In this document: positions 38,499 to 48,014 of the stretch, one piece after another
Numbering within the stretch: position 1 is the stretch's first letter
How the letters are laid out: every line of letters begins with the position of its first letter
Assembly: GCA_016713115.1 (NCBI GenBank)
Contig: JADJPU010000001.1
Coordinates: 1,691,762-1,755,761 of the forward strand
Length of the DNA: 64,000 nt
DNA from: Cellvibrionales bacterium
GTDB taxonomy: Bacteria; Pseudomonadota; Gammaproteobacteria; Pseudomonadales; UBA7239
Direction of reading: 5' to 3'
The notes under the pieces: generated by a model
What the model was told of the DNA's origin: nothing
Database searches by the model: none
The model's input: the letters and a program-made list of their open reading frames with translations, nothing else
Position numbers and translations under genes: made by a program

Positions 38499-39356
38499 AT
38501 GGCTCTGCTGAGTATTGTGTTCGTTTTTCTATTGGCACGCTACACGGTTTTTGCGCGCAGTTTGCATCGTGATACTGGTGTTGCGACATTGCTGGATACG
38601 CTGGCAGCGCGCAAGCCAAACAGTTGGATGGCTTTTGCGGTATTGCCGGTCAGTGGTTCGGTGTTGTTGGCGGCAATCTGGTGGAGTTTGGATTTTTGGC
38701 TGTCCTTTTTCTTCGGTGTGCTGCTGCTGCTCTATAGCGTGGGACGCGGTGATTGGCAGCGATGTATGCGTGATCTTGCTGTACAACTTCGAGATGGCAA
38801 TACAGAATCGGTGCTGCTGCAGCTAGAAGAACACGGTTTGATGCCTAGTGAGCAAGAGGTGCTGGATCAATCTTTGTGGTTGGCATGGCGTCGCTACGCA
38901 GGCTGTTGGTATCTTGATCGTATTTTCGCCGTATTTTTTTGGTTTTTTATTCTAGGGTCTGCGGGCGCTGTTTTTTATCGTTGGCTAATCTTATACAACA
39001 ATCATGTGCAAATTCGCAGTGGACAACTGCCATCAGCAAAAAAAATGCAGCACTGTTTGGAATGGTTGCCGGTGCGTTTTATGGGGCTTTGCGCGTGTTT
39101 GGCGGGAAATTTCACCACGGGGTTTCGTGTGTGGCAGCAGCAGGCATTGAATGCAAGAATATCGTCGGCAGATTTCTTAGCGAAGTGTTTGGATGCGTCG
39201 CTGATGTTGGATGATGAAGTCATTGCGTTGCCAGATAATATTAACTACAGCTTGCGTTTAACATTGCAGCGCAGTCCAGCGTTGGAGTTGCTAATGGTGC
39301 GCACAGAAATTATTGGCCTGGTTGGCTTGGCGTTGGCAATTTTGGTGCTGAGGTAG
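38499..39356 (+). CDS. ampE: AmpE-family (CobD/AmpE-like) membrane protein
   Basis: From ATG 38499 (MALLSIVFVFLLARY...). The region LEWLPVRFMGLCACLAGNF aligns with E. coli AmpE LDWVPVRLAGVVYALIGH. There are 4-5 TM segments. Confidence 0.6.
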   Translation: MALLSIVFVFLLARYTVFARSLHRDTGVATLLDTLAARKPNSWMAFAVLPVSGSVLLAAIWWSLDFWLSFFFGVLLLLYSVGRGDWQRCMRDLAVQLRDGNTESVLLQLEEHGLMPSEQEVLDQSLWLAWRRYAGCWYLDRIFAVFFWFFILGSAGAVFYRWLILYNNHVQIRSGQLPSAKKMQHCLEWLPVRFMGLCACLAGNFTTGFRVWQQQALNARISSADFLAKCLDASLMLDDEVIALPDNINYSLRLTLQRSPALELLMVRTEIIGLVGLALAILVLR

Positions 39357-39359
39357 TGC

Positions 39360-40271
39360 ATGACAGAAAAAAAACGCATAGGTGTTGATCTCGGCGGCAC
39401 AAAAATTGAAGTGGCTGTTTTGGTTGGTGATAGCGATATCGTATGGCGTGAGCGCACCCCTACACCCAGTGGAGACTATCAGGGCACGCTGCATGCGATT
39501 CGCTCTTTGGTTGAGCGCGCGATAACAGAAAATTATTTGTCAGCTGATATACCTGTGGGTATTGGTACACCAGGGTCGCAATCACCGCGCACAGGTTTGA
39601 TGCGTGGTTGCAATTCCACAGTGTTGAATGAAATGCCACTGCTGCATGATTTGCGTGAAGAAATGGCTAGACCTGTGCTTATGGCAAATGATGCGGATTG
39701 TTTCGCGTTGTCGGAAGCCTGTGCGGGCGTTGGGCGCGGAGCGGATAGTGTGTTTGGCGTGATTCTCGGCACCGGTGTTGGCGGCGGCGTGGTGATTCGT
39801 CAGCAGTTGTTGTCAGGCCCAAACAACAATGCCGGTGAGTGGGGACACAATGTGATGCCGGGCAACAGTGTAGAAGGTCGTGTTGTGCGTCACTGTTTTT
39901 GTGGGCGAGATAATTGTGTTGAAAATTGGTTGAGTGGAAGGAGTTTAGGCAACAGTTTTCGTGAGGCGGGATTACAGATTGAAAAAACACAGCAGGGCAT
40001 TGAATTGATGCGCCAAGGTGATGCGATTGCTGTACGCGTGTGGCGTGATTATGTGCAGTTGCTGGCGCGCGCCTTGGCGGTTGTTATCAATGTTATTGAC
40101 CCTGATGTTGTTGTATTGGGTGGCGGTGTTTCCAATGTGGATGAGTTGTATCGCGAAGTGCCGGAGCAATGGGAGCAATGGATTTTTTCTGATGTGGTGC
40201 GCACGCGATTATTGAAAGCAGAACATGGTGATTCCAGCGGCGTAATCGGTGCAGCGTGGTTGTGGCCTTAA
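39360..40271 (+). CDS. nagK: ROK-family sugar kinase, N-acetylglucosamine kinase-like
   Basis: IGVDLGGTKIEVAV, NDADCFALSEA, LGTGVGGG, GEWGHN and a CFCGRDNCVENWLSG zinc motif. Colinear with E. coli NagK. Confidence 0.75.
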   Translation: MTEKKRIGVDLGGTKIEVAVLVGDSDIVWRERTPTPSGDYQGTLHAIRSLVERAITENYLSADIPVGIGTPGSQSPRTGLMRGCNSTVLNEMPLLHDLREEMARPVLMANDADCFALSEACAGVGRGADSVFGVILGTGVGGGVVIRQQLLSGPNNNAGEWGHNVMPGNSVEGRVVRHCFCGRDNCVENWLSGRSLGNSFREAGLQIEKTQQGIELMRQGDAIAVRVWRDYVQLLARALAVVINVIDPDVVVLGGGVSNVDELYREVPEQWEQWIFSDVVRTRLLKAEHGDSSGVIGAAWLWP

Positions 40272-40283
40272 TGGAAAGAGCGT

Positions 40284-40847
40284 TTATTGTCCTTGGGTAA
40301 CTGGCTTGGGTTTCCACAACACTTCTGAATCGCTGCCTTCTAAACGATTCAACACGCGCGCACAGACAAACAACCAATCCGATAAGCGATTGATGTACTG
40401 ACGCACCGGTGCGTTTACCGCATCACTCTCGTTCATGTGCACCAAAATGCGTTCAGCGCGGCGACAAATACTGCGCGCAAGATGGCAGTTGGCGGCCGTG
40501 ATGGTGCCACCGGGCAAAATAAAATCTTTCAGTGGTGGTAAATGTTCGTTGTAGTGATCCAGCGTTTCTTCAATCCACTGCACATCGGCTTCATCAATAA
40601 AAATGTAGTCTGGCATGGCGAGCTCGCCGCCGAGATCAAACAAGCGATGCTGGATGGTGGTAAAAACTTCGCGCAAATCTTCTGGCATCGCATGCGCGAG
40701 CATCACGCCAATCACGCTGTTCAATTCGTCGATAGTACCGATAGCTTCCATGCGCGGGCTGTCTTTGCGTGTGCGTTTGCCATCGCCAAGACCAGTGGTG
40801 CCATCATCGCCGGTACGGGTATAGATTTTTGACAGACGATTGCCCAT
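40284..40847 (-). CDS. PduO-type ATP:cob(I)alamin adenosyltransferase
   Basis: IYTRTGDDGTTGLGDGKRTRKDSPRMEAIGTIDELNSVIG is the MMAB/PduO N-terminal signature. 187 aa. Confidence 0.88.
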   Translation of the reverse strand: MGNRLSKIYTRTGDDGTTGLGDGKRTRKDSPRMEAIGTIDELNSVIGVMLAHAMPEDLREVFTTIQHRLFDLGGELAMPDYIFIDEADVQWIEETLDHYNEHLPPLKDFILPGGTITAANCHLARSICRRAERILVHMNESDAVNAPVRQYINRLSDWLFVCARVLNRLEGSDSEVLWKPKPVTQGQ

Positions 40848-40896
40848 TCTGCGATCCTCTCATTGATTCAGTATGTGTAGGGTTTGGGCATTATAA

Positions 40897-41502
40897 ATGC
40901 AGACAACAACGATAGATTTATTGCGGCACGGCGAATGTGAAGGCGGGCATGTGTATCGCGGCCGCCTTGATTTTCCGCTGAATGAAAAAGGCTGGCAGCA
41001 ATTGCGCGGCAAAACGCAGCAGTTGGACATGTGGACGCATATTGTGTCTTCGCCGCTGCAACGCTGCGCCTTGTTTGCCGATGAAGTGGCTCAGCGCTGC
41101 AATAAGCCGCTGTCGGTGATGGATGGCTTTCGTGAAGTCGATTTTGGCGATTGGGAAGGTCGTTTGATTGACGAAGTGTGGCGCGAGCAAGGCAGCAATG
41201 TGCGCCGGTTTTTTTCCGATCCGGTTAATGCCGCGCCGCCGAACGGCGAGCCGATGCGTGTGTTTGAACGGCGTGTGCTGGCGGCGTGGAATCAATTATT
41301 GCAAACCCTGCGCGGCGAACATGTGTTGTTGGTCGCGCACGGTGGCACCATTCGTATTCTGTTGGCGCATGTGTTGGCGATGCCGTTGAATCGTATTGCT
41401 AATCTAGAAGTGCCTTACGCTTCTGCCAGTCGCATTCGTATTCATCACAGTGACGAGCATGACGATTTTTCTACTTTAATTTTCCACAATAGCCAGTTTT
41501 GA
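40897..41502 (+). CDS. histidine phosphatase family protein (alpha-ribazole phosphatase CobC-like)
   Basis: IDLLRHGECEG is the RHG catalytic motif, and VAHGGTIR supplies the second catalytic His. It is divergent from the adenosyltransferase gene. Confidence 0.7.
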   Translation: MQTTTIDLLRHGECEGGHVYRGRLDFPLNEKGWQQLRGKTQQLDMWTHIVSSPLQRCALFADEVAQRCNKPLSVMDGFREVDFGDWEGRLIDEVWREQGSNVRRFFSDPVNAAPPNGEPMRVFERRVLAAWNQLLQTLRGEHVLLVAHGGTIRILLAHVLAMPLNRIANLEVPYASASRIRIHHSDEHDDFSTLIFHNSQF

Positions 41503-41518
41503 AATGGCTTGAGGCTGT

Positions 41519-41764
41519 ATGAGTACGATCAATAACGATGCAGAGGTGGTGAAGTTGCAGTTGCGTGTCGATGAGCTGGAGATGCGTTTGGCATTTCAGG
41601 AGGATGCGCTGCAAACGCTCCATGAGCAGATAGCTAATTTGCAACAGGATGCAGAAAAACAACAACAAATGTTGCAAGTGCTGTATCGCCAATGGCGAGA
41701 AATGCAGGAGGCTGCTTTGGATGGCGCTGCAAATGCCACGCAAGAAAAGCCGCCGCATTACTGA
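41519..41764 (+). CDS. slyX: SlyX family protein
   Basis: An 81-aa coiled coil. RVDELEMRLAFQEDALQTLHEQIANLQ matches the SlyX pattern. Confidence 0.8.
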   Translation: MSTINNDAEVVKLQLRVDELEMRLAFQEDALQTLHEQIANLQQDAEKQQQMLQVLYRQWREMQEAALDGAANATQEKPPHY

Positions 41765-41770
41765 GTGCAT

Positions 41771-42751
41771 TTATTTTTTGTGTGCCGGTGAAAAACTCAG
41801 CATATAGCGGCGAATCAGCCAGCGGAACGGCAGAATCAAAAAACGCTTGTAGCGCCATTCATAGGCTAATTCGCGTTTGTAGGCTTCCAAGCCTAAGTTT
41901 TGAAACTGCAGTAATTGTTGGCTTTCTGTGGTGTCCATCCAATCGGTGTAGTAATCATCCACGCCAAAGTCATCGGAGGTTAAATCGCGCAAACCCATCA
42001 CGCGCGGAGTAATGTTGACGAACTCCAGCCACGAAGTCTGGCTGTGTTTTCCGCTGCCAAGAAACAATGTTTTTCCAATAGCCGCTGGATTTTCTATGGC
42101 GTTTGCCATTGCTGTTGCGCCGTCGCGCGGATGAAGATATTCAATACGCGTGTCAGGATGCAGTGAAAACATGTGGCGCATCATGGCAGCGCGATCACCC
42201 ACTTTGTCGTTCATCGCATCAACACACGCGCCAATGCGCACAATCACCCAAGGAATGTTGCTGGTGCGCAACAAATTTTCACACGCAATTTTGTGGCCAG
42301 CGTAGTTGTCTTTCGCTTCTAACGGCATATCCACGCGGCAAGGCGGTTGGCGTTTATTGCTAAAGCCGTGCACAGAAATTGACGAAGGAAAAACCAGCAG
42401 CGGCATTTTGTTTTGTTTGGCGATGGCATCCATCACCAGTTTTGTTCCCTGCACATTCACTTTTTCTGCAATGGCCGGTTTTTCTTCCGACAGTGGTGGA
42501 ATGATAGCGGCGAGATGAATCACCGCATCTTGCCCTGTAACAGCGGCGTTTACGCTGGCCGCGTCGGTAATATCGCCCCACACCATGCGAATACGATCGC
42601 CATAACTGCTGGCAATTTTGCGATTGGTTTTGTTATCCAGATCGAAACAAGTTATGCGATGTTGACGCGCCAACAGTTCATTCAGTACGCGAGTGCCGAT
42701 GGTGCCGAAAGGGCCAGTGAGCAGTACATTCATGGGTTCGTCGTTATCCAT
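41771..42751 (-). CDS. NAD(P)-dependent epimerase/dehydratase (extended SDR) family protein
   Basis: NVLLTGPFGTIGTRV (Rossmann GxxGxxG) and YAGHK (YxxxK). The start could also be ATG 42733. Confidence 0.8.
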   Translation of the reverse strand: MDNDEPMNVLLTGPFGTIGTRVLNELLARQHRITCFDLDNKTNRKIASSYGDRIRMVWGDITDAASVNAAVTGQDAVIHLAAIIPPLSEEKPAIAEKVNVQGTKLVMDAIAKQNKMPLLVFPSSISVHGFSNKRQPPCRVDMPLEAKDNYAGHKIACENLLRTSNIPWVIVRIGACVDAMNDKVGDRAAMMRHMFSLHPDTRIEYLHPRDGATAMANAIENPAAIGKTLFLGSGKHSQTSWLEFVNITPRVMGLRDLTSDDFGVDDYYTDWMDTTESQQLLQFQNLGLEAYKRELAYEWRYKRFLILPFRWLIRRYMLSFSPAHKK

Positions 42752-42848
42752 TATCCGTAGAGTGTGTGGTTATCATAGCGGGCACTATTGTTTTCGTAGC
42801 TACGAGATTCGAGCTAGGCAATGTACGCAGTGGGAATACTGTTTGGTG

Positions 42849-43883
42849 ATGACGAAAGATATTCATTTTGATCAATTGGCTGAGCGTTTCGAGCGCAAGA
42901 TTTACGGCTCGAAAAAGGGCGATTTGCGTCTGCAATTATTGTGGGATGACTTGCTCACCGCGCTGCCTGCGCTGCAAGCAGGGAAAAAACTGCGCGTGTT
43001 GGATGCGGGCGGCGGCTTGGGGCAGATGAGTGCGCGGCTCGCGACCTTGGGGCATGAGGTGATGCTGGCAGAACCGGCAGCGCCCATGCTGGAAAAGGCG
43101 CAGCAGCAGTTTGCCGAGGCGGGGTTAGATGCCGCTTGCGTGCAGTGTGTGCAAGCCAGTATTCAAGAATTGCCGCAGGTGTTGCCGCCTCAGCCATTTG
43201 ATGTGGTGGTGTGTCATGCCGTGCTGGAGTGGTTGGTGGATCCGCTCGCCACGCTGGCACAACTGCTGCCGTGGATTGCGCCGCAGGGTTATCTGTCGCT
43301 GGCGTTTTACAACCGTGAATCTATCGTGTGGAAAAACTTGCTGAAGGGCAATGTGGATCGCGCGCGCGCGGCGGATAAAGCCGGTGAAGCAGGCAGTTTG
43401 ACGCCCATCAGCCCGCAATCTGCGCCGCTAGTGTTGGCGTGGTTGGCGCAGCAGGGGATGGAAGTGGTGCAAGTGACGGGCGTGCGCTGCCTGCACGATT
43501 ACTTGTTTCCGGGCGTAAAAATCGAGGCGGACACACTATTGGCGCTGGAACAGGAATTGGGCAGACAAGAGCCCTATAAATGGTTGGGGCGCTACATTCA
43601 TGTCATCGCCAGAAAAAACAGGCGATTTTCAGTAGTAGGGCATAGGCGCGGCATCCACGCGCTCGATTGCCTTCTGTTTAAGTTTTTCAGTTTCACGCTT
43701 GGTCTTACTCACGGCCTCGTCGTCGCAGGCTTGGAGGCCCTTGTCGCTGTTGGCGCAAGCATTGCTGAATGCCTGCTCTTGCACCACAGTAAACGGCGTA
43801 ATGGAGGTTTGGCAGCTATCCAACACCACATTGCGCCGCGTGTGGCGGTCGGCATATTTTTCGCGCGAAGTTTTCTCAATTAG
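42849..43883 (+). CDS. cmoM: tRNA (cmo5U34) methyltransferase CmoM/SmtA-like; the annotated ORF probably runs about 88 codons past the true C-terminus
   Basis: MTKDIHFDQLAERFERKIYGSKKGDLR...LRVLDAGGGLGQ...HAVLEWLVDP...GRQEPYKWLGRYIHVIARK is colinear with E. coli CmoM to its end. After an A6 run (43613-43618) the frame stays open, antisense to the convergent lipoprotein gene. Both alternative frames stop within 10 codons. Confidence 0.8.
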   Translation: MTKDIHFDQLAERFERKIYGSKKGDLRLQLLWDDLLTALPALQAGKKLRVLDAGGGLGQMSARLATLGHEVMLAEPAAPMLEKAQQQFAEAGLDAACVQCVQASIQELPQVLPPQPFDVVVCHAVLEWLVDPLATLAQLLPWIAPQGYLSLAFYNRESIVWKNLLKGNVDRARAADKAGEAGSLTPISPQSAPLVLAWLAQQGMEVVQVTGVRCLHDYLFPGVKIEADTLLALEQELGRQEPYKWLGRYIHVIARKNRRFSVVGHRRGIHALDCLLFKFFSFTLGLTHGLVVAGLEALVAVGASIAECLLLHHSKRRNGGLAAIQHHIAPRVAVGIFFARSFLN

Positions 43884-44057
43884 ATCGCGAATACAGTCCA
43901 AATACTCATCGGCCAATTGATCCGCGCGCGCTTGTTGCTGTGTCGCCTTGCCCGTCATGCCTTGGGAGCCTGTGCCGCAAGCCGTGAGCGACAAGCCAAT
44001 TGTCAGTACAAAAATCAGCGGAATGGGTGTGCGGATCACGGTAGTCTCCAAAAACAT
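43629..44057 (-). CDS. lipoprotein of unknown function
   Basis: MFLETTVIRTPIPLIFVLTIGLSLTACG is a lipobox signal. The mature part is charged and contains several Cys. Start inferred at ATG 44057. Confidence 0.6.
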   Translation of the reverse strand: MFLETTVIRTPIPLIFVLTIGLSLTACGTGSQGMTGKATQQQARADQLADEYLDCIRDLIEKTSREKYADRHTRRNVVLDSCQTSITPFTVVQEQAFSNACANSDKGLQACDDEAVSKTKRETEKLKQKAIERVDAAPMPYY

Positions 44058-44150
44058 CGGCGGCGTGATGATAGAACAAAATGACAGAGGCATCCTCGGC
44101 GCTCTGCTAGAATGTAACGCCCATCCATGCCTGCAATTCTGTGTGAAACC

Positions 44151-44486
44151 ATGACGGAAACCAGTGACCTTCCCGACCTACAAGCCCTGCTCAATAACAT
44201 CACCCCCACGGTGTATGAGGCGCTGAAACGCGCGGTGGAATTGGGTAAATGGGCGGATGGCACGCGCCTGTCAGCCGCGCAGCGCGAGACCTGTTTGCAG
44301 GCAGTGATTTATTACGATGGCCGCAACAAGCCTGAACACGAACGCGTGGGCTATATTCAGCCGCAAGAACATGAGCATTGCGGCAGTGAGGGCGATAAAG
44401 CGCACGATCACAAACACAATCGTTGGGATGAAGAGCAGTTGCTCGTGTTTCGGCATTTGACTGAACAAAATCAAACTAGGCATTGA
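44151..44486 (+). CDS. DUF1315 (YeaC-like) protein
   Basis: ITPTVYEALKRAVELGKWADGTRLSAAQRETCLQAVIYY aligns with E. coli YeaC MTPEVYQRLSTAVELGKWPDGVALTEEQKENCLQLVMLW. Confidence 0.75.
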   Translation: MTETSDLPDLQALLNNITPTVYEALKRAVELGKWADGTRLSAAQRETCLQAVIYYDGRNKPEHERVGYIQPQEHEHCGSEGDKAHDHKHNRWDEEQLLVFRHLTEQNQTRH

Positions 44487-44487
44487 G

Positions 44488-45336
44488 ATGTTGGTGGCAG
44501 CGACTAGCGCGGTGTTGCACAAAGGCTGCTTGGATAAAATGCAGGTAACGCTTGGTGCGCCTGCGCAATATGCTTTGCCTTTGAATGACATACGCGTGCC
44601 GATGAATCAATACATTGGGCAGCGTATTCGTTTGCAACACACGGGCGTTATTCGCTGTACACACTGCAATCGCGTGACGAAAAAAAGTTTCAATCAAGGT
44701 TATTGTTTTCCCTGTTTTAAAAAATTGGCGCAGTGCGATAGCTGCATTGTTAGCCCAGAAAAATGCCATCTGCATTTAGGTACTTGTCGCGAACCGGATT
44801 GGGCGGAAACACATTGCCAGACAGATCATGTCGTTTACTTGGCGAATTCTTCGGGTGTAAAAGTGGGGATAACACGCGCCAGCCAAATGCCGACACGGTG
44901 GTTGGATCAGGGTGCTATACAAGCCCTGCCGATTGCGCGGGTGGCAAATCGGCGTTTGTCGGGTTTATTCGAAGTGCTGTGCAAGACATGGGTGGCAGAT
45001 AAAACGGATTGGCGCGCATTGCTGCGTGCGGATGCGCAAACGGTGGATTTAGCGGCGGTGCGTGAACAATTGCTGCAAGGTATTCAGCAAGAGGTGGCAG
45101 CCTTGCAAAACACCTTTGGTTTGCAGTCAGTTAATCTTTTATCGGATGAAAGTGAACAGCGTTTTGTATACCCCATTCAGCGTTATGCAGAAAAAGTCAG
45201 CACGCACAATTTTGATAAAACACCTGTCGTAGAAGGTGAGCTGTTAGGGATTAAAGGTCAGTATTTGATGTTGGATAGTGGCGCGCTCAATGTGCGCAAA
45301 TTTACCGCGTATGAAGTGGAATTTTCAGTGATATGA
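44488..45336 (+). CDS. DUF2797 domain protein (Cys-rich, zinc-ribbon-like)
   Basis: CTHCNRVTKKSFNQGYCFPCFKKLAQCDSCIVSPEKCHLHLGTCREPDW. The start is 1 nt after the upstream stop, and the gene overlaps the pepN start. Confidence 0.7.
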   Translation: MLVAATSAVLHKGCLDKMQVTLGAPAQYALPLNDIRVPMNQYIGQRIRLQHTGVIRCTHCNRVTKKSFNQGYCFPCFKKLAQCDSCIVSPEKCHLHLGTCREPDWAETHCQTDHVVYLANSSGVKVGITRASQMPTRWLDQGAIQALPIARVANRRLSGLFEVLCKTWVADKTDWRALLRADAQTVDLAAVREQLLQGIQQEVAALQNTFGLQSVNLLSDESEQRFVYPIQRYAEKVSTHNFDKTPVVEGELLGIKGQYLMLDSGALNVRKFTAYEVEFSVI

Positions 45337-48014
45337 GCAATTCAGTGACACAAGCAACGCTGCTGCAAGATTATAAACCGTCTGATTTTTTAATCGATGA
45401 AACGCATCTCAATTTTCAGTTGACGGAGATGGCAACTACGGTCAATGCGCGTTTGAAAATGCGCAGAAATCCGCAAGGTAATGCCGATGCGCTGCTGGTG
45501 TTGGATGGCGCCGAGTTGGCCACGCGCAGTGTGACGCTCAATGGCAAGCCGCTACCTGCTAGTGATTACGAAATCAAAGACAATAAGTTGCATATTTTGG
45601 CTGTGCTGCCAGAAAGTTTTGAGTTGGAAACAATTGTTGCTATTCGTCCACAGCTCAATACGGCGCTGGAGGGTTTGTATAAGTCCAGTGGAATGTTTTG
45701 CACGCAGTGTGAGGCGGAAGGTTTTCGTCGTATCACTTGGTATCTGGATAGACCCGATGTGATGTCGCTGTTTACAGTGACTATCTTGGCTGAAGAACAG
45801 CGTTACCCCGTGTTGCTATCGAATGGCAATCTGGTAGAAAGCGGCAAACTCAACAATGGCATGCATTGGGCGACATGGAAGGATCCGTTCAAAAAACCGT
45901 GCTATTTGTTTGCGCTGGTAGCGGGCAACTTGAAGTTTGTGGAAGATTATTTTGTTACGCGCTCAGGGCGGCGTATCACGCTGCGTATTTATGTAGAAGC
46001 CAAAGATTTGGCAAAGTGCAGTCACGCGATGTCTTCGTTGAAGCGCGCGATGGCTTGGGATGAAAAAGTTTACGGGCGCGAATACGATTTAGATATTTAC
46101 ATGATTGTCGCTGTTGATGATTTCAACATGGGCGCGATGGAAAACAAGGGCCTAAATATTTTCAATACTTCTTGTGTGTTGGCACGCGCCGAAGTCACTA
46201 CGGATAAAGGGTTTCAACGCGTTGAAGCGGTAGTGGCGCACGAGTATTTCCACAACTGGTCTGGCAACCGCGTCACTTGTCGCGATTGGTTTCAGTTGAG
46301 TTTGAAAGAAGGCTTTACGGTTTTTCGCGACAGCGAGTTTTCTGCCGACATGGGTTCGCGCACGGTCAAGCGCATCGAAGAAGTGAATATGTTGCGCACC
46401 GCGCAGTTTGCCGAAGATGCCGGGCCGATGGCGCATCCCGTACAGCCAGCGTCTTACATGGAGATTTCCAATTTTTATACCGCCACCGTGTATGAAAAAG
46501 GCGCGGAAGTGGTGCGTATGCTGCATCGTATGTTGGGTGCAGAAAATTTCCGCAAGGGCACCGATTTATTTTTTGCGCGCCACGATGGGCAGGCTGTCAC
46601 GATAGATGAGTTTTTGGCGGCTATGTCGTCGGCATCGCACCGCGATTTAACGCAGTTCCGCTATTGGTATACACAGGCCGGAACGCCTGTGCTGCGTGTG
46701 CGCAGTGAGTATAACGCGCGCGAAAAAACGCTGCGCTTGTCGGTGGAGCAGAGCTGTCCCGCCACACCAGAAGCCTCCTACAAAGAGCCTTTCCATATTC
46801 CAGTGGTAGTTGGTTTGTTAGGGAAAACTGGCGGTGAATTATCTGTACGCTTGCGCGCTGAGCGCATGGGTGAACCCAGTAGTGCGGCTCAAAAAGAGCA
46901 CTTGCTGGAAGTGCGCGACAGCGTGCAGCAGTTTGTGTTTGAAGGCGTGGAAGAACAGCCGGTATTGTCGCTGTTGCGTGGATTTTCTGCACCGGTAAAA
47001 CTGGATTATCCGCATACAGCAGACGAACTGGCGTTTTTGATGAGCCACGACAGCGATGGCTTTAATCGTTGGGATGCGGCGCAGCAATTGGGCGTGCAAG
47101 TTTTACAAAAGTTGATCGACAAAGTGTTGCGTCAGCAGCCTTTGGATTTGGATAACAAATTGGTTGCCGCATTTCGCGTGCTGTTGTTGGATGAAACGCT
47201 AGATCCAGCGATGGTGGCTTTAATGTTGGAACTGCCGTCTGAAAGTTATCTTGCAGAATTGTCAGAGGTGGCGCATCCAGTTGCCATTCATCGCGCACGG
47301 CAATTTGCTCGCAAAGCATTGGCCCATGAATTGCGTCATGCTTTGGAAAATGTATATCACCGCCATCAACCTGCAACGGTGTATCAGCCAGTAGCTACTG
47401 CCATTGCACATCGCAGTTTGAAAAATATCGTGCTGTCGTACTTGGCATTATTAAACGACAAGCCAGCTGCACAGTTGTGTCTTGATCAGTACAACAATGC
47501 CGCCAACATGACGGACGCCAGCGCTTCTTTGCAAGCACTGATCAACTGTGATGCAGATTTTGTTGTCGCTGTGCGAGAAAAAGCGCTGCGTATTTTTTAT
47601 CGCCGCTGGCAGCAGGAACCCTTGGCGGTCAATCTTTGGTTGCAATGGCAGGCGGCGTGTTCACTGCCAGGCGCCTTGGATCGTGTCAAAGAATTGTTGC
47701 AACATGAAGCGTTTGATATTCGCAACCCGAATAAAGTGCGTGCAGTTATTGGTGCGTTTTGTAGCCAGAATCTTGCGCATTTTCATGCCGACGACGGCAG
47801 TGGTTATCGTTTTTTGGCGGATAAAGTCATTGAGCTAGATGCAATCAATCCGCAAATCGCTGCACGATTGTTGTCGCCATTGACGCGTTGGCAAAAAATG
47901 CCCGCTGCGAATCAGGAAAAAATGCGCACCGAATTGCAGCGCATTTTAGATAGCGGAAAACGCTCGCCGGATGTTTACGAAGTGGCGAGTAAATCGGTGC
48001 TTAAGGGCGAGTAG
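45333..48014 (+). CDS. pepN: aminopeptidase N
   Basis: GAMENKGLNIF and HEYFHNWSGNRVTCRDWFQLSLKEG are M1 family signatures. 893 aa. Confidence 0.96.
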   Translation: MSNSVTQATLLQDYKPSDFLIDETHLNFQLTEMATTVNARLKMRRNPQGNADALLVLDGAELATRSVTLNGKPLPASDYEIKDNKLHILAVLPESFELETIVAIRPQLNTALEGLYKSSGMFCTQCEAEGFRRITWYLDRPDVMSLFTVTILAEEQRYPVLLSNGNLVESGKLNNGMHWATWKDPFKKPCYLFALVAGNLKFVEDYFVTRSGRRITLRIYVEAKDLAKCSHAMSSLKRAMAWDEKVYGREYDLDIYMIVAVDDFNMGAMENKGLNIFNTSCVLARAEVTTDKGFQRVEAVVAHEYFHNWSGNRVTCRDWFQLSLKEGFTVFRDSEFSADMGSRTVKRIEEVNMLRTAQFAEDAGPMAHPVQPASYMEISNFYTATVYEKGAEVVRMLHRMLGAENFRKGTDLFFARHDGQAVTIDEFLAAMSSASHRDLTQFRYWYTQAGTPVLRVRSEYNAREKTLRLSVEQSCPATPEASYKEPFHIPVVVGLLGKTGGELSVRLRAERMGEPSSAAQKEHLLEVRDSVQQFVFEGVEEQPVLSLLRGFSAPVKLDYPHTADELAFLMSHDSDGFNRWDAAQQLGVQVLQKLIDKVLRQQPLDLDNKLVAAFRVLLLDETLDPAMVALMLELPSESYLAELSEVAHPVAIHRARQFARKALAHELRHALENVYHRHQPATVYQPVATAIAHRSLKNIVLSYLALLNDKPAAQLCLDQYNNAANMTDASASLQALINCDADFVVAVREKALRIFYRRWQQEPLAVNLWLQWQAACSLPGALDRVKELLQHEAFDIRNPNKVRAVIGAFCSQNLAHFHADDGSGYRFLADKVIELDAINPQIAARLLSPLTRWQKMPAANQEKMRTELQRILDSGKRSPDVYEVASKSVLKGE

